From the IMG/VR virus record IMGVR_UViG_3300010150_000027, positions 1-51,169 of that record: DNA of 51,169 bases, one strand, 5' to 3'. A program made the position numbers and the translations under genes. The stretch's first letter is position 1. Each line of letters opens with the position of its first letter. Positions 37,001 through 46,995 of the stretch are shown here, piece by piece. The DNA is from a virus (lineage: Duplodnaviria; Caudoviricetes). The notes under the pieces are model-generated. The model was not told the origin of the DNA. It saw only the letters and a list, made by a program, of their open reading frames with translations, and did not search any database.

Positions 37001-40000
37001 CCGCCATAGTAGGTGTTCCGAAACCGGCTGCTGCACCAGTAGAACCTGTGCTACCTGTAGAACCCGTACTACCAGTTGGGCCGTTAGGGCCGGTTGGTCC
37101 GGTTGGTCCTGTAGGCCCTTCATCACCTTGAGGACCTGCCGGTCCTGTAGGACCTGTGTTGCCACTAGGTCCCGGTGGGCCTGTAGGCCCTACACTACCT
37201 GTAGGTCCGGTGTCCCCTTTATCTCCTGTTCTAGCAAAAGTTACCATAACATCTTCACCATTTGAAAATGGCGCAGAAGCAGAAGAGTCTATTGTACTTA
37301 CTGTTATGTCAAAGTAACCCGAATCTTCTGATAGAGAAGTAATAGTATGTAAAGTAAATTGACTTGCATCTAGTAAATTACTAATTTTAACGTGTCCTTT
37401 TATTGCAGATGTAGAATCATCTATTGTACGAAGGAATGATTGAATATCTGTTCCGTCTAAATCGCTGTCATCTATATAGATTCTAGTAGCAGATGATTGA
37501 GTGGCGTTGTTTAGTTTTACCTTACCTGCGCCGGGGTCGCTATCTGTTGTATTTGTAGAGAAATCGTATTTAAAAGATGCGCCACCAAAATTACCGTCTG
37601 CGCCTGTAGGACCTGTAGGTCCGATAGAACCTTGACTTCCAGTACTACCCGTTGGTCCGGTAGGTCCGGTCGGCCCAGTAGGTCCCGTAGGACCTTGACT
37701 TCCAGTAGGACCTTGTGGCCCAGTAGGTCCTGTAGGCCCTGCCGGAATCGTGAAGGCAAATACTTTAGCATTATCCGGGCCGCTTGTTGCTACTGCTAAA
37801 GGGCCTGTAGTTATGGTAGGTGTACCAACACCTGCTGATGCACCCGCCGGTCCTGTTGGGCCTGTAGAACCTGTAGAACCTGTTGCGCCCGCCGGACCTG
37901 TTGGACCTGTTGGGCCGGTAGGTCCTGTCGGACCAGTAGAACCCGGTGGGATTGTAAATGCAAAGACCTTTGCTGTGTCCGGCCCACTAGAGCCGATTGC
38001 TAATGGACCACTAGATACTGTCGGTGTCCCAAAACCTGCTGCGACTCCGGTAGGTCCTGTATTACCTGTAGTACCTTGAGGCCCTGTAGGTCCGGTTGGT
38101 CCTTGACTACCTGTGCTACCTGTTGGTCCCGGTGGACCTGCTGCGCCTGTGCTACCTGTTGGCCCTGTAGGCCCTTGAGGCCCTGTTCCACCTTGAGGTC
38201 CTGTTGGTCCATCCGGCCCATCCGGTCCTGTTGGCCCTGTATTTCCAATAGGTCCTTGACTGCCCGTTGGTCCCTGTGGTCCAGTAGGGCCTGTAGGACC
38301 GGCAGGTCCGGTATCTCCTTTATCACCCGTTCTTGCGAATGTGACTAAAATATCTTCCCCCGCACTAAAAGGTGATGTAGCAGAAGAGTCTATACCACTT
38401 ACTGTTATATCAAAATAACCTGTTTGTTCAGTTAGTGAAGAAATAGTGAATATTATAAATTGTGAAGCGTCTAGTAAATTACTTATCTTTACATGACCTT
38501 TTATTGTAGAAGTAGAATCGTCTATTGTTCTCATAAAAGATTGAATATCGCTACCGTCTAAATCGCTATCATCAATAACAATATGTGTAGCGGCATTTTG
38601 TGTAGCACTATTTAATCTTAGTTTACCTGCGCCGGGGTCTGCTATACCATTAGCAGCATCGAAATCATACTTAAATGAAGCCCCACCAAAATTACCATCC
38701 GGTCCTGTCGGACCTGTTGGTCCTTGACTACCTGTAGGGCCTGTAGGTCCTGCTACGCCTTGAGGTCCAGTAGGACCTTGAGGCCCTGTTGAACCTGTTG
38801 TTCCTTGTGGACCTTGCGGTCCATCCGGTCCTGTAGGGCCTTGTGAACCTGTAGGTCCTGACGGGCCTGTCGGCCCTGCTACTGTAGAATCTGCACCAGT
38901 TGGCCCTGTTGGTCCTGTCGGACCTGTTGGTCCTGTACTACCACTTGGACCTTGAGAACCTGTGCTTCCGGTTGGGCCTTGAGGACCTGTTGGTCCTGTA
39001 CCACCTGTCGGTCCTTGTGAACCTATTTGACCTGCCTGACCAAAGTTTACTACATACTTTGTGTTGTTTGTTAGAACGTCTGTTTGACTAGCGGTTGAAG
39101 GGCTTACCCCTAGTGTATACCACCCGGTGTTATCTGTAACAGTATTAACTATAAAGTTAGCAAACTCTTCTACATCTCCGCCTCGATGTTGTATTTGTAA
39201 TAGACCTTTTCTAGTGTTATTAGATAAACCTACAAAACTAAACCAATCATCTTGATTTACAGCATTAGCATCTTCTTCATCAATATAGATTTCAGTAATG
39301 TTAGCGAATGTACCATTATCAAATCTCATAAACCCTGAACCGGGGTCTGATTCTGTTGTAGTCGTACTAAACTTCCAAACTAAACCTACCCTACTACCTG
39401 CCGGACCTATAGGACCGCCCGGACCTAAAGGTACTGTAAACTCAAACACTTTTGCTGTGTCGGGTCCACTTACTGCTACCGCTAAAGCACCTGTTGTAAT
39501 AGTTGGTGTTCCTACACCTGCTGCCGCACCTGTTGAACCCGTATTACCTTGTATTCCCTGTGGACCTTGAGAACCTGTACTACCAGTAGAACCCGTAGGA
39601 CCTGTGGGTCCCGCAGGACCTTGTGAGCCTGTCGGCCCTGTAGGACCTGTATTTCCTTGAATACCTTGAATACCTTGAATACCTTGTGGACCTGTCGGTC
39701 CTGTAGCATTATTTTGATATGCAATCCAAGTATCTTGTGTAGCACTATGTCTTAAATATACTTTTTGATTTTGTGTTAAGGTAAATGTACCGCTAGTACC
39801 CGGATTACTAACCCCTTGACCTACAAGAGAAACTACTGTACCGTCATCAGTAGCAATAGTAATATTACCACTACCTTCGTTCATAATTTGTAATTCACTT
39901 AATCCTACTGGAAAAGGGACAGAAGAGTATGGGGGTAATTTATATGTATATGTAGAAGAGTTAGTATGTATAATCAAACGTGCTTCGTCTGCTCTAACGA

Positions 40001-40199
40001 ATGTATAATCAGCGTTTTTTGTTTCTAGTGGCCTAACGTCTGCCGACCTACCACCTGCTGTAGCACCATCACCAATAAAAACACCATTAGCGGCTGAACC
40101 TGTATTTGTATCTAGGAATATTTGTTCTTTAGTAGGGGTAACTCCTGCCCTTTGGGTAGTGGTAGCAGTAAAAAGATTTTTATTACCTGTTAGTGCCAT
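34044..40199 (-). CDS. collagen-like tail fibre/adhesin (2051 aa)
   Basis: Long Gly-X-Y tracts (mainly GPT), repeated spacer modules, and C-terminal NxxxG-type beta-helical repeats. Confidence 0.85.
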   Translation of the reverse strand: MALTGNKNLFTATTTQRAGVTPTKEQIFLDTNTGSAANGVFIGDGATAGGRSADVRPLETKNADYTFVRADEARLIIHTNSSTYTYKLPPYSSVPFPVGLSELQIMNEGSGNITIATDDGTVVSLVGQGVSNPGTSGTFTLTQNQKVYLRHSATQDTWIAYQNNATGPTGPQGIQGIQGIQGNTGPTGPTGSQGPAGPTGPTGSTGSTGSQGPQGIQGNTGSTGAAAGVGTPTITTGALAVAVSGPDTAKVFEFTVPLGPGGPIGPAGSRVGLVWKFSTTTTESDPGSGFMRFDNGTFANITEIYIDEEDANAVNQDDWFSFVGLSNNTRKGLLQIQHRGGDVEEFANFIVNTVTDNTGWYTLGVSPSTASQTDVLTNNTKYVVNFGQAGQIGSQGPTGGTGPTGPQGPTGSTGSQGPSGSTGPTGPTGPTGPTGADSTVAGPTGPSGPTGSQGPTGPDGPQGPQGTTGSTGPQGPTGPQGVAGPTGPTGSQGPTGPTGPDGNFGGASFKYDFDAANGIADPGAGKLRLNSATQNAATHIVIDDSDLDGSDIQSFMRTIDDSTSTIKGHVKISNLLDASQFIIFTISSLTEQTGYFDITVSGIDSSATSPFSAGEDILVTFARTGDKGDTGPAGPTGPTGPQGPTGSQGPIGNTGPTGPDGPDGPTGPQGGTGPQGPTGPTGSTGAAGPPGPTGSTGSQGPTGPTGPQGTTGNTGPTGVAAGFGTPTVSSGPLAIGSSGPDTAKVFAFTIPPGSTGPTGPTGPTGPTGPAGATGSTGSTGPTGPAGASAGVGTPTITTGPLAVATSGPDNAKVFAFTIPAGPTGPTGPQGPTGSQGPTGPTGPTGPTGPTGSTGSQGSIGPTGPTGADGNFGGASFKYDFSTNTTDSDPGAGKVKLNNATQSSATRIYIDDSDLDGTDIQSFLRTIDDSTSAIKGHVKISNLLDASQFTLHTITSLSEDSGYFDITVSTIDSSASAPFSNGEDVMVTFARTGDKGDTGPTGSVGPTGPPGPSGNTGPTGPAGPQGDEGPTGPTGPTGPNGPTGSTGSTGSTGSTGAAAGFGTPTMAAGPLSITASGPDTAKVFAFTIPPGGTGPTGPSGPPGPTGPTGNDGPTGPTGPTGTAAGFGTPSVSSGPLAISSSGPNTAKVFAFTIPAGDTGPTGPTGPTGPTGPTGPPGSTGPTGSAGSAAGFGTPSVSSGPLAISSSGPNTAKVFAFTIPPGSTGPAGPPGPTGPTGPTGNDGNDGGTGPTGAAAGFGTPTATTGPINVSSSGPNTAKVFAFTIPQGATGPAGPPGPTGSTGPPGGTGPTGTAAGFGTPTASTGPIAVSSSGPDTAKVFAFTIPQGDTGPTGPTGPTGPTGPPGGTGPQGATGPGAGFGTPTATIGPIGVSSSGPNTAKVFAFTIPQGATGPTGPTGPIGPTGPTGPTGPTGPTGPDGPPGSNGSNGAAAGFGTPTVASGPLAIASSGPATAKIFAFTIPPGSTGPDGPAGPPGPTGPTGPTGPTGPTGTAAGFGTPTVASGPLAIASSGPATAKVFAFTIPPGDTGPTGPPGSTGGTGPTGPTGSTGSAGPPGPTGPTGPTGGSDEQVLFNDSGSSSGSDRLKFDGQSLYIGTGVNYPRLTLAGNNGFIYFKDNSSTNPAYQATVGVNGGQFQIGVGSGNNLALGIHPSGGFALGTGNYGTAGQVLTTQGQNTLPTWTTVSGGASAIGELSDAVTTATSNIGLGSGALDSLTASSGNYNVALGVDAGTTLSTGDRNILVGYQAGTALSTGGDHVMIGHTAGAAITNQGTGVFVGYRAGVSSTGYSETVIGSQAGTSGTGYNTIVGHNAMTSGTGSANTFIGWNAGQGVASNAANQNVGIGADSLKDLTTGSYNLGVGRSAGQNITSGQKNIILTSNNGATSLTTGSYNVLIGNADISSATVSQSLTISDGSGTLTWLTADNSGDVNIPNGLAVEQEFQAKRGKISTLGSSITLTDTYAGKYIIVNNTATLTLPASPAVGEQYIVVSDTTNTVTIAAGAGDTMNGSASNQTITTRYEAKTFIATSSSAWIVVG
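35460..39700 (-). repeat. coding repeat array: Gly-X-Y tracts, 11 copies of a ~32-aa module and 3 copies of a ~120-aa domain
   Basis: [32 protein letters not shown] occurs 11 times; the (F)KYDF...DPGAGK-type domain occurs 3 times. Locally GC-rich. Confidence 0.9.
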
Positions 40200-40227
40200 A
40201 TACTTTCCCTCTTTTATTGTTTAATAA

Positions 40228-41559
40228 TTATATCACTAATGCGCCCATGATAATGATACCACTATCATTATTTGTTACAACCAAGTCTCCTATATCAAGT
40301 GTTCCCCCGCCGCCGCTTTCTCCACCTGTGTTAGTAGCCCAAACAGGACTGCCGCTACTTATAGTAAGTACCGTTCCTTCTGAACCTGCGGCTAAGATTG
40401 CCATATCATCGTGTCCCTGCCCCACTAATATTGCATCTTTAGTAATAAACTCTCTTCCTGTACCCCCCTCTACGACAGAAGTTGAGGGTGGTGTATTTCT
40501 ACTACGGTAAATACCATCAGACACTTGAGAAAAGTTCCAATCTCCTTTTACGGTAGGTCTTTTTACCGTGTGTATATCGGCACTTTGTTTTGATTGTGAA
40601 TAAGGGCCGTATAATGTACCATCAGTTTCTATAACTAATTCATTACACGTTAGTGTACGACCATCAGATATAATCCAATCGTGTGTAGATGCCTCAATAA
40701 CTACTTTGTTATATTTGACGTTAAACTTTTTTGTTGTAGAATTACCGTAGGTTGTATCTCCGTTTACAGGTAAAACTTGGTTACTAGAAGTAGCGGTATA
40801 ATGTACAGTAGTATTACCCCAATTATATTCTTCATGTGCTATGCTAATAGTACCCTGTAACTTAAATATTTTTGATAAATCGTCTGTATCAATTGTTTTA
40901 GGACTTACTTTTACGGTAGAAGGAACAACAAAATTACCAATATCTACCGAACCGTACGTATTCCATACTGCACCTGTTCTTGTATATATGTGTTCGGGAC
41001 TAAATATGGCACTACCGGATGCAGTAGTCAATGTAACTTTAGGATATTTACCGTCTGTTAAAGTCATTACACCACCGGAAGGTAATGTAAATGTTATTAT
41101 ACTATCAGAATCCGGCTCTCCGTTTTGACCTGTCCATATACTTGTGTTTGCTTCATACTGTATGTAAAGTCTATTATTTGTTTGAGTAGCGGCACTATCA
41201 CCTATAGGAAAAGGTGGTGTACCTGTGAAAATCCATGTAGTACCTGTGTTATCCTTTACACAATCTTCTACTTGTATTATTAACCCCGCTTCAAAATATA
41301 AAGTAGAACCGCTACAATTAAAAGTCCTATTACCCGTAAATGTAGAATCTATTGTGACAAGATTCAAATAACGTGTATTAACACCAAAGGCTATTTCTTG
41401 TTGGGCTACTGATGTAAAGTAAAGAATATCGTCATTTCCTGTTTGTAGCCAATCAGCCGGAAGGCTACTTGCTAGTGAAGTACCATTTGAAGTTGTGGAC
41501 CAATTATTAGCAACCATAGGGTCACTAGATGACGCACCAACCCACCAATAATCTGTCAT
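40228..41559 (-). CDS. beta-rich virion/adhesin-like protein
   Basis: N-terminal YWWVGASSSDPMVANNWS; T/S-rich; fibre-like C-terminus (GGTG...GSEGTVLTISSGSPVW). Confidence 0.55.
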   Translation of the reverse strand: MTDYWWVGASSSDPMVANNWSTTSNGTSLASSLPADWLQTGNDDILYFTSVAQQEIAFGVNTRYLNLVTIDSTFTGNRTFNCSGSTLYFEAGLIIQVEDCVKDNTGTTWIFTGTPPFPIGDSAATQTNNRLYIQYEANTSIWTGQNGEPDSDSIITFTLPSGGVMTLTDGKYPKVTLTTASGSAIFSPEHIYTRTGAVWNTYGSVDIGNFVVPSTVKVSPKTIDTDDLSKIFKLQGTISIAHEEYNWGNTTVHYTATSSNQVLPVNGDTTYGNSTTKKFNVKYNKVVIEASTHDWIISDGRTLTCNELVIETDGTLYGPYSQSKQSADIHTVKRPTVKGDWNFSQVSDGIYRSRNTPPSTSVVEGGTGREFITKDAILVGQGHDDMAILAAGSEGTVLTISSGSPVWATNTGGESGGGGTLDIGDLVVTNNDSGIIIMGALVI

Positions 41560-41571
41560 ATTTTACCCTCT

Positions 41572-42006
41572 TTAATCGTGATAAAGAGAGCCGGACAATT
41601 GCGAGCCGGTTGTTGTTCCCCCGACTCTTGATGCTGTTGTTCCCGATTTAAACGCACTACCACCCTTCTCTTCTATCGCTGCTAAAGCGTCTTGTGCTGA
41701 TTTCTCAAAAGACGCTAATTGTTTATTATATCGAATGTCAGATGTACCTTGTTCTTTTTCGGGAAATACAGCAGGTATAGTATCTATTAATACTCTTAGA
41801 CAATCTACACAAACTAAAAACTTTACTGCACTTTCTTTTAAGGTATCAGTAGGTGCGCCTGTAGCATCTACACCAAAGTATTCTGCTACTCTTGCTTTTT
41901 TGTTTACTTCTGCTGTACGAATAGTAATATATTCTGTGATTGTACCATTGTTTAGACCTCTAGGTCTATTAAGTAAATCTCTAATATTATCCGTTGTTAC
42001 TGCCAT
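41572..42006 (-). CDS. head completion/adaptor-like protein
   Basis: MAVTTDNIRDLL start; helical, 144 aa, downstream of the capsid gene. Confidence 0.5.
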   Translation of the reverse strand: MAVTTDNIRDLLNRPRGLNNGTITEYITIRTAEVNKKARVAEYFGVDATGAPTDTLKESAVKFLVCVDCLRVLIDTIPAVFPEKEQGTSDIRYNKQLASFEKSAQDALAAIEEKGGSAFKSGTTASRVGGTTTGSQLSGSLYHD

Positions 42007-42379
42007 CTCCGAACCTCTCCCTATAATCTAACGGTACGTCAAGCACTATATTGTTTGATGAAGGTTTGGTTGCTCGACCTAATACTACTACAAGTTTAGT
42101 AGCAATAATTTTTTGAGCCATTTCGCTATTTGGAATCCAATAAGGCTTCTTTGCACTTCTACTTAACAAAGACATAGGATGATTAGCGTATCTTCTACCA
42201 CCGTTTTTATGCGCCCTTACTAACCATCCGGGTCCGGGCAAATAATTATCTAATCTAAATTGCATATCTTCTATATTACCACTTTCAGGTAATGGAATAC
42301 CCGCTTCTTTCAAAGCAGATGCAAGTTTAGCCTTAGAAGGTTTCTTTGGCTTCGCCTTAGCGGCTTTTTTATCACTCAT
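41987..42379 (-). CDS. basic hypothetical protein with HeH/SAP-like N-terminus
   Basis: SKAKLASALKEAGIPLP; GGTGA SD. Confidence 0.5.
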   Translation of the reverse strand: MSDKKAAKAKPKKPSKAKLASALKEAGIPLPESGNIEDMQFRLDNYLPGPGWLVRAHKNGGRRYANHPMSLLSRSAKKPYWIPNSEMAQKIIATKLVVVLGRATKPSSNNIVLDVPLDYRERFGDGSNNG

Positions 42380-42396
42380 TCATTCACCTTTTAGTC

Positions 42397-42813
42397 TCAA
42401 GGGTTAGAATATCCAAGTACGAATACATGGACTGCGGGTGCTGTATCATCAGATGATGTAGATGTTACTTTGAGAGTACCACCTGCACTAATCTTGTAGT
42501 ATGAATCATCTATTTCTCCACACCTTACAACATCTTTATCACCTGCTGTTCCTGTGACAAAGGCATCAGTAATAGCGTCAGTACCGTTAAGCACTTGTAG
42601 GCTGTTAGCGTTTGCGCCGCCATCTGCTAAAAGATGACACCATACATCAACAACCTCTAAGTTGCGGTCTACAGTTAGTGAAACGCTTTCTGTTGCGCCA
42701 CCATCTACTGCTATTTTGTAAAGGATAGGTATAGACCCACCTGTTCCACCATTAGAGACTTGCTTGGTATTAATACCAGTCATTAGGTTTTGGAGTTTAC
42801 GGTTAATAGGCAT
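42397..42813 (-). CDS. putative minor capsid/decoration protein
   Basis: Beta-rich, 138 aa, directly after the major capsid gene. Confidence 0.45.
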   Translation of the reverse strand: MPINRKLQNLMTGINTKQVSNGGTGGSIPILYKIAVDGGATESVSLTVDRNLEVVDVWCHLLADGGANANSLQVLNGTDAITDAFVTGTAGDKDVVRCGEIDDSYYKISAGGTLKVTSTSSDDTAPAVHVFVLGYSNP

Positions 42814-42827
42814 TTATTTTAGCCCCC

Positions 42828-43739
42828 TTAAGCCCTTACGCCTGTAATCTTACAGATACGGTTGTTCTTACCTGCTGCTGCACCATCTTGCATTTCGTGG
42901 ATAACGCTACCCATGTAAGATGTTAATAGCCAATCAAAACCGACTCCCGGTAGACGTGTTAATTCTGTCTCTTGGAATCCCGGTCCGTTGTATGAGAAAA
43001 ACTCTGCTGTTTCTGCGCCCGGTATAAGTAGTAGACCATCGTTTACCAATGCGCTACCTGCACCGAAATCTCTTGTGTAGTAAATTGTTAGGTTTGCGAT
43101 TCTACCCAAGTGTTGTTGTAGAGACTCGACTACGTTTCCGTATAGAGTTGTGTTAAGCATAGCACTTCTTTTGTCAGCAGGTAATACAAGAGCCATTGGC
43201 TCGTTACCGCTAACCTTTGCGTTAGCAAAGATTAAGTCCATAGCGTCTAGCAAGTCTTTTTCCTCGTCTGCTGATGCACTACCGAATGTTGAAGTTGCTG
43301 CTTGTGATTGTCCGTTACCTGCCATTAACTTTGTTAGGATATGGTTGTCTATAAGGTCTGCACGACCTCTTACTACAGCCATTTGTTGCCTGTCAATGTT
43401 CTCAAAGGATTCGCCACGTAGTCTTACTGCATCTAGGAAAGTAACTCTACCCTGTCCTTTCTCAAGTTTAACTGTGTAGTTTGCTGTTCCAATGTTTGTT
43501 GGGTCTACTAGAGAAACGTCATCAATTGGGTAAGCGAATGTACCAGTTACTCCGGTGTACCACTTAAACTCTAACCACGGAACGGTTCTTACGCCGACCA
43601 AATCTGTTGCTATTGCGATTGTGTTAGACTGTAATTGAATGAAATCTCTTAAAGTCTGTTCTAAAACCGCATCTCCGACAGAGAACGGGCCTGTTGCTGC
43701 TTCTACGTTTAATATTTCTTCTAATGTATTGTTTACCAT
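42828..43739 (-). CDS. major capsid protein (HK97 fold)
   Basis: About 303 aa, after the protease/scaffold and cement genes. GAGGTGA SD; RGRADLIDNHIL backbone-helix pattern. Confidence 0.8.
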   Translation of the reverse strand: MVNNTLEEILNVEAATGPFSVGDAVLEQTLRDFIQLQSNTIAIATDLVGVRTVPWLEFKWYTGVTGTFAYPIDDVSLVDPTNIGTANYTVKLEKGQGRVTFLDAVRLRGESFENIDRQQMAVVRGRADLIDNHILTKLMAGNGQSQAATSTFGSASADEEKDLLDAMDLIFANAKVSGNEPMALVLPADKRSAMLNTTLYGNVVESLQQHLGRIANLTIYYTRDFGAGSALVNDGLLLIPGAETAEFFSYNGPGFQETELTRLPGVGFDWLLTSYMGSVIHEMQDGAAAGKNNRICKITGVRA

Positions 43740-43767
43740 ATTATTCACCTCAATTTATTTGCTATAT

Positions 43768-44178
43768 CTAACAAGATACAGGAACGAAATCTCCCGCAGC
43801 CAATGCTGCTTCTCCACCAAAGTAATAACCGACAAATACTGCTGAATTAGTTGAATCATCATCAACACAACCGTTTTCGTCTGCTGTTTGTGAAACGTAC
43901 ATTGAAATACCAAACTTAGGTGCTGCAATTGCGTTTGCTAGTTTTAGGTAACAGATACCGTCAAGAGCAACTACTGAAACTGTTCCTGTACCTGCTGCTT
44001 CTAATGCTTGGTCTGCATCTCTGCTTGATTCAGCCATTGTGTAAGCGATTGGTGTATCTGTTACACTTGCTGTCATTAGTATTCCACCTGCACCGTACTT
44101 AACTAAAAGTCCTTTGCTTGCGAAAGTTTCTGCTATGTCTACTACGTTTACTGGGTCATTTCCTGAATATGCTACCAT
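43768..44178 (-). CDS. capsid cement/decoration protein
   Basis: A/G/V-rich, 136 aa, between scaffold and capsid genes. Confidence 0.6.
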   Translation of the reverse strand: MVAYSGNDPVNVVDIAETFASKGLLVKYGAGGILMTASVTDTPIAYTMAESSRDADQALEAAGTGTVSVVALDGICYLKLANAIAAPKFGISMYVSQTADENGCVDDDSTNSAVFVGYYFGGEAALAAGDFVPVSC

Positions 44179-44179
44179 T

Positions 44180-45994
44180 TTATCTCATCTCCTTTATTGT
44201 GTCGTATGTTGGGGCAACCATTGTTGTGCCTTCTCCAACTGCGAGTGTTTTGTTCCATGCACCGGCCCAAGCGTTCCATGCTTTAGCGTATAGTGCTTCA
44301 TCATTTTCTACTAATCTACCATTTAGATAGTTAGCAACTTTTTTAGTTGATTCAGAAGCGATTGCTTCTTCGATAGGTTTTTCGACTGATTCAACAGGAG
44401 ACATTTCTACTTCTGTTGGTGTCGGGTGTGCCTCATTCCATGAAGCAATTAGAGAAGTTAGTGTATCGGATGACAAATCTTCGTGTCCCGACATACCTAA
44501 TTCTGATGCCTCATCAACAAGAGTTTGACGTGATGCCTCTACTCTTGCTTCTTCTTTTGCCTCAAACTCGCCAACTCTTGAATTGGCTAAAACGAGGGAA
44601 GCCTTAAGTGCTTCAATTTCTGCTGCGTAATCTACTGTGTTTTCTTCTTCGGTCATTTTAATCACCTTGTTGTGATTTGAGTCAGATTGTGAATGTCCTA
44701 TAAAGGTTGCTTCTGTTGCCGTTGCTTCTATTTTTCGTATAGAATCTATTGTAGCCCTTTGATATGCGGGTTTATGTACAATAGCAAGGTGGTCAAACTT
44801 AAAATCTTCACCAAATAACATACCATCTTCGGAAGCCTCGACAGGTACGCCGCTACCCCCAATTGACACTCCGTAGTTATCCCTAGACCATAAACCGGAC
44901 TCTAAAGCATCGAATAATTCTGTTCTTACAACGTGCGCTACATATCTAACTTCATAACCACCTGCTACGGTTTTATGGAATGATGCACCTTTAATATATC
45001 CGACTACTGCTTCTTCTACGCCGCCATCCATATTTCTTGTAAAGCCACTACCATGTTCGCTTGCTGCCGGATGATTTAATGTTAGGTCTGCGCCTTTCAT
45101 TTGTTCTGCTACTAACTTTGCGCCTTCTTCTGTTAAGGCCCATTTGTTTTTATTCATACCTTCGTGGAATGCTACACCTCTTATTTCTATAACGCTTTCT
45201 CCGGTAGATGCTTCTACTATTGCTTCTACCTCATCGAAATCTAAATCTAGTGTGACAGAAACTTTTCTGCATTCTCCATCTATCATTTCTTCGCCATATC
45301 CGCATTCATTAGCATATTGCTTTTTCTTCATATAACCTGCTTCGTGGTCCTCTTCGTCATGTGCTTCATCTTGGTCTTTGAAAGTATGTCCTTCGTGTGC
45401 TTTCATACACTCTTCTTTAGAATATCCTGCTTTTTGACACCTAGACATATATTCTCCGTGTGTTTCAGAATCTTTTGGTGTTGGCTCTGCTGCCTCTACT
45501 TCGTCAGCCTGTTTTTTAATAGGAACACAATTAGGCACTTTTCTACCATTTTTTGTTTTCATACCGTATTGTTCATATCCCGACTGGCATGGGTCGTCTG
45601 CGTCTTTAGCCTCAACCTCTTCATCATTACATCCACATCCACATGGTGTTCCATCTTCTGCTTCTACCTTTTTTCCACCACGCCATTGTCTACAAGACCA
45701 ATACCTAGCCTTCCATTTTGGGCCGGGTGTTTTACAGTTATGTCTAGCACGAAACGATTTCCTTCTAGCGGGGTCATCTCTTTTGATTTCCATGTTAGGG
45801 TCGCCAAATCTTACGATAACTACTGTACCGCTACCATTTTTAGTATATACTGCAAACTTTTTAGGTCCACCCTTTGTTCTAAAGGGTTTATTGAGAGTTA
45901 CACTACGGCCTTGATACTCGGCTGCTGAAACATCTTCTTCATTCCATTCTTCGTATGCTACTACTTCGCCACTACAACCGCATCCACACGACAT
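44180..45994 (-). CDS. prohead protease-scaffold fusion with N-terminal accessory modules
   Basis: IRGVAFHEGMNKN, LTLNH (His), GVSIG (Ser), HLAIVHKPAY; acidic coiled-coil C-terminus. Confidence 0.8.
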   Translation of the reverse strand: MSCGCGCSGEVVAYEEWNEEDVSAAEYQGRSVTLNKPFRTKGGPKKFAVYTKNGSGTVVIVRFGDPNMEIKRDDPARRKSFRARHNCKTPGPKWKARYWSCRQWRGGKKVEAEDGTPCGCGCNDEEVEAKDADDPCQSGYEQYGMKTKNGRKVPNCVPIKKQADEVEAAEPTPKDSETHGEYMSRCQKAGYSKEECMKAHEGHTFKDQDEAHDEEDHEAGYMKKKQYANECGYGEEMIDGECRKVSVTLDLDFDEVEAIVEASTGESVIEIRGVAFHEGMNKNKWALTEEGAKLVAEQMKGADLTLNHPAASEHGSGFTRNMDGGVEEAVVGYIKGASFHKTVAGGYEVRYVAHVVRTELFDALESGLWSRDNYGVSIGGSGVPVEASEDGMLFGEDFKFDHLAIVHKPAYQRATIDSIRKIEATATEATFIGHSQSDSNHNKVIKMTEEENTVDYAAEIEALKASLVLANSRVGEFEAKEEARVEASRQTLVDEASELGMSGHEDLSSDTLTSLIASWNEAHPTPTEVEMSPVESVEKPIEEAIASESTKKVANYLNGRLVENDEALYAKAWNAWAGAWNKTLAVGEGTTMVAPTYDTIKEMR

Positions 45995-46012
45995 GGTTTT
46001 CCAATTTAGGGT

Positions 46013-46023
46013 TTGTCTTATTA
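46013..46023 (-). promoter_or_regulatory. class II promoter TAATAAGACAA
   Basis: TAATAA ends 23 nt before ATG 45994. Confidence 0.55.
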
Positions 46024-46025
46024 AT

Positions 46026-46376
46026 CTATTCTAGTATGCCTGATTGTTTTAGGCTTTCTATCAAATCTTTATACAATGAGTAATCAGATAAAGTACATAT
46101 CGGTTCTATGTGGTTATCACCTATACTATAATTAACGTATGCTTTGGGACTTACATATACTTTAAAGTCCTCACTAACATAAGTGTAGTTATCTTCTACT
46201 CTTACAATAATATAGAATGGCTCTTTTTCCACTATTTCTCCGGTAATACTACTACAGGAAATCATATTAGGGTCATAGAAAGGACTTGTTTCATACGCAG
46301 GTGCAGCAAAAGGTACAAGAAAAATACACATCATACATATAGCGATAACCTTTTCTATTACTTCGTCTTTGTGCAT
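46026..46376 (-). CDS. membrane-anchored or secreted hypothetical protein
   Basis: N-terminal hydrophobic segment; TAATG coupling to a small upstream ORF. Confidence 0.55.
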   Translation of the reverse strand: MHKDEVIEKVIAICMMCIFLVPFAAPAYETSPFYDPNMISCSSITGEIVEKEPFYIIVRVEDNYTYVSEDFKVYVSPKAYVNYSIGDNHIEPICTLSDYSLYKDLIESLKQSGILE

Positions 46377-46456
46377 TAGCCCCACTTTTCCGTGTCAAGG
46401 GCCATAAAAGCAATAGCGATAAATAATAAGATACAACAAACTTCGTTAAGTGTCAT
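46376..46456 (-). CDS. possible 26-aa hydrophobic peptide
   Basis: MTLNEVCCILLFIAIAFMALDTEKWG*; its stop overlaps the next ATG. Confidence 0.35.
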   Translation of the reverse strand: MTLNEVCCILLFIAIAFMALDTEKWG

Positions 46457-46488
46457 AACACTAGGTTATATTAGTGTTTTATGATTAT

Positions 46489-46995
46489 TTACTTTTTGCC
46501 GCCTTTAGTAATTTGAAATGCTTCCATATCTAAAGTATGTTTTTGTTGCATGGCTTCCATATCCAAATCGTGTTGTAGTTTTAATTCTTCTAGTTTACGA
46601 GTGTGGTTTTTAGATGCGTTAGTAGATTCTACGTCAGCAGAAAGTCTGTCCGGTAATACTGCAATTTTAGCACTTTCTTTACCCTTAAATAAATCTAGTA
46701 CACTTGTTATAATAAGAAGTGCCGGACCACCTAATAGACCAATAACTGTAAGTTGTGAGTCTGATATATCACGTTGTTCTACAACGCTGTAATAAGAAGC
46801 AGCCGCAGCGATTATAACCCACGCCATAACAACACCCATACCAAAAGTTAGCATAAGTGTTTCGTTGGGATTTGACATTTTTGGGCTACTCATGCCCTTT
46901 CGTTGTTCGGGGTGTCTTTTAAGTATTATTGCTGTAACACCACCTAAACCCGCTAAAACAAGGCTATATACCGCAAATTGTAATTCCGGTATCAT
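46489..46995 (-). CDS. three-TM membrane protein with C-terminal coiled coil
   Basis: Three hydrophobic segments; ATGA overlap with the portal stop. Confidence 0.65.
   Translation of the reverse strand: MIPELQFAVYSLVLAGLGGVTAIILKRHPEQRKGMSSPKMSNPNETLMLTFGMGVVMAWVIIAAAASYYSVVEQRDISDSQLTVIGLLGGPALLIITSVLDLFKGKESAKIAVLPDRLSADVESTNASKNHTRKLEELKLQHDLDMEAMQQKHTLDMEAFQITKGGKK

Noticed and set aside
37200-38700. Duplicated ~120-aa domains as a diversity-generating retroelement template/variable pair
   Set aside because: Both copies are in-frame coding, their differences are not adenine-specific, and no reverse transcriptase is seen.
35396-39745. Many +/- ORFs with PVG or QDLQV repeats over the collagen gene
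   Set aside because: They are antisense or alternate-frame shadows of the GC-rich Gly-Pro-Thr codons and have no independent start signals.
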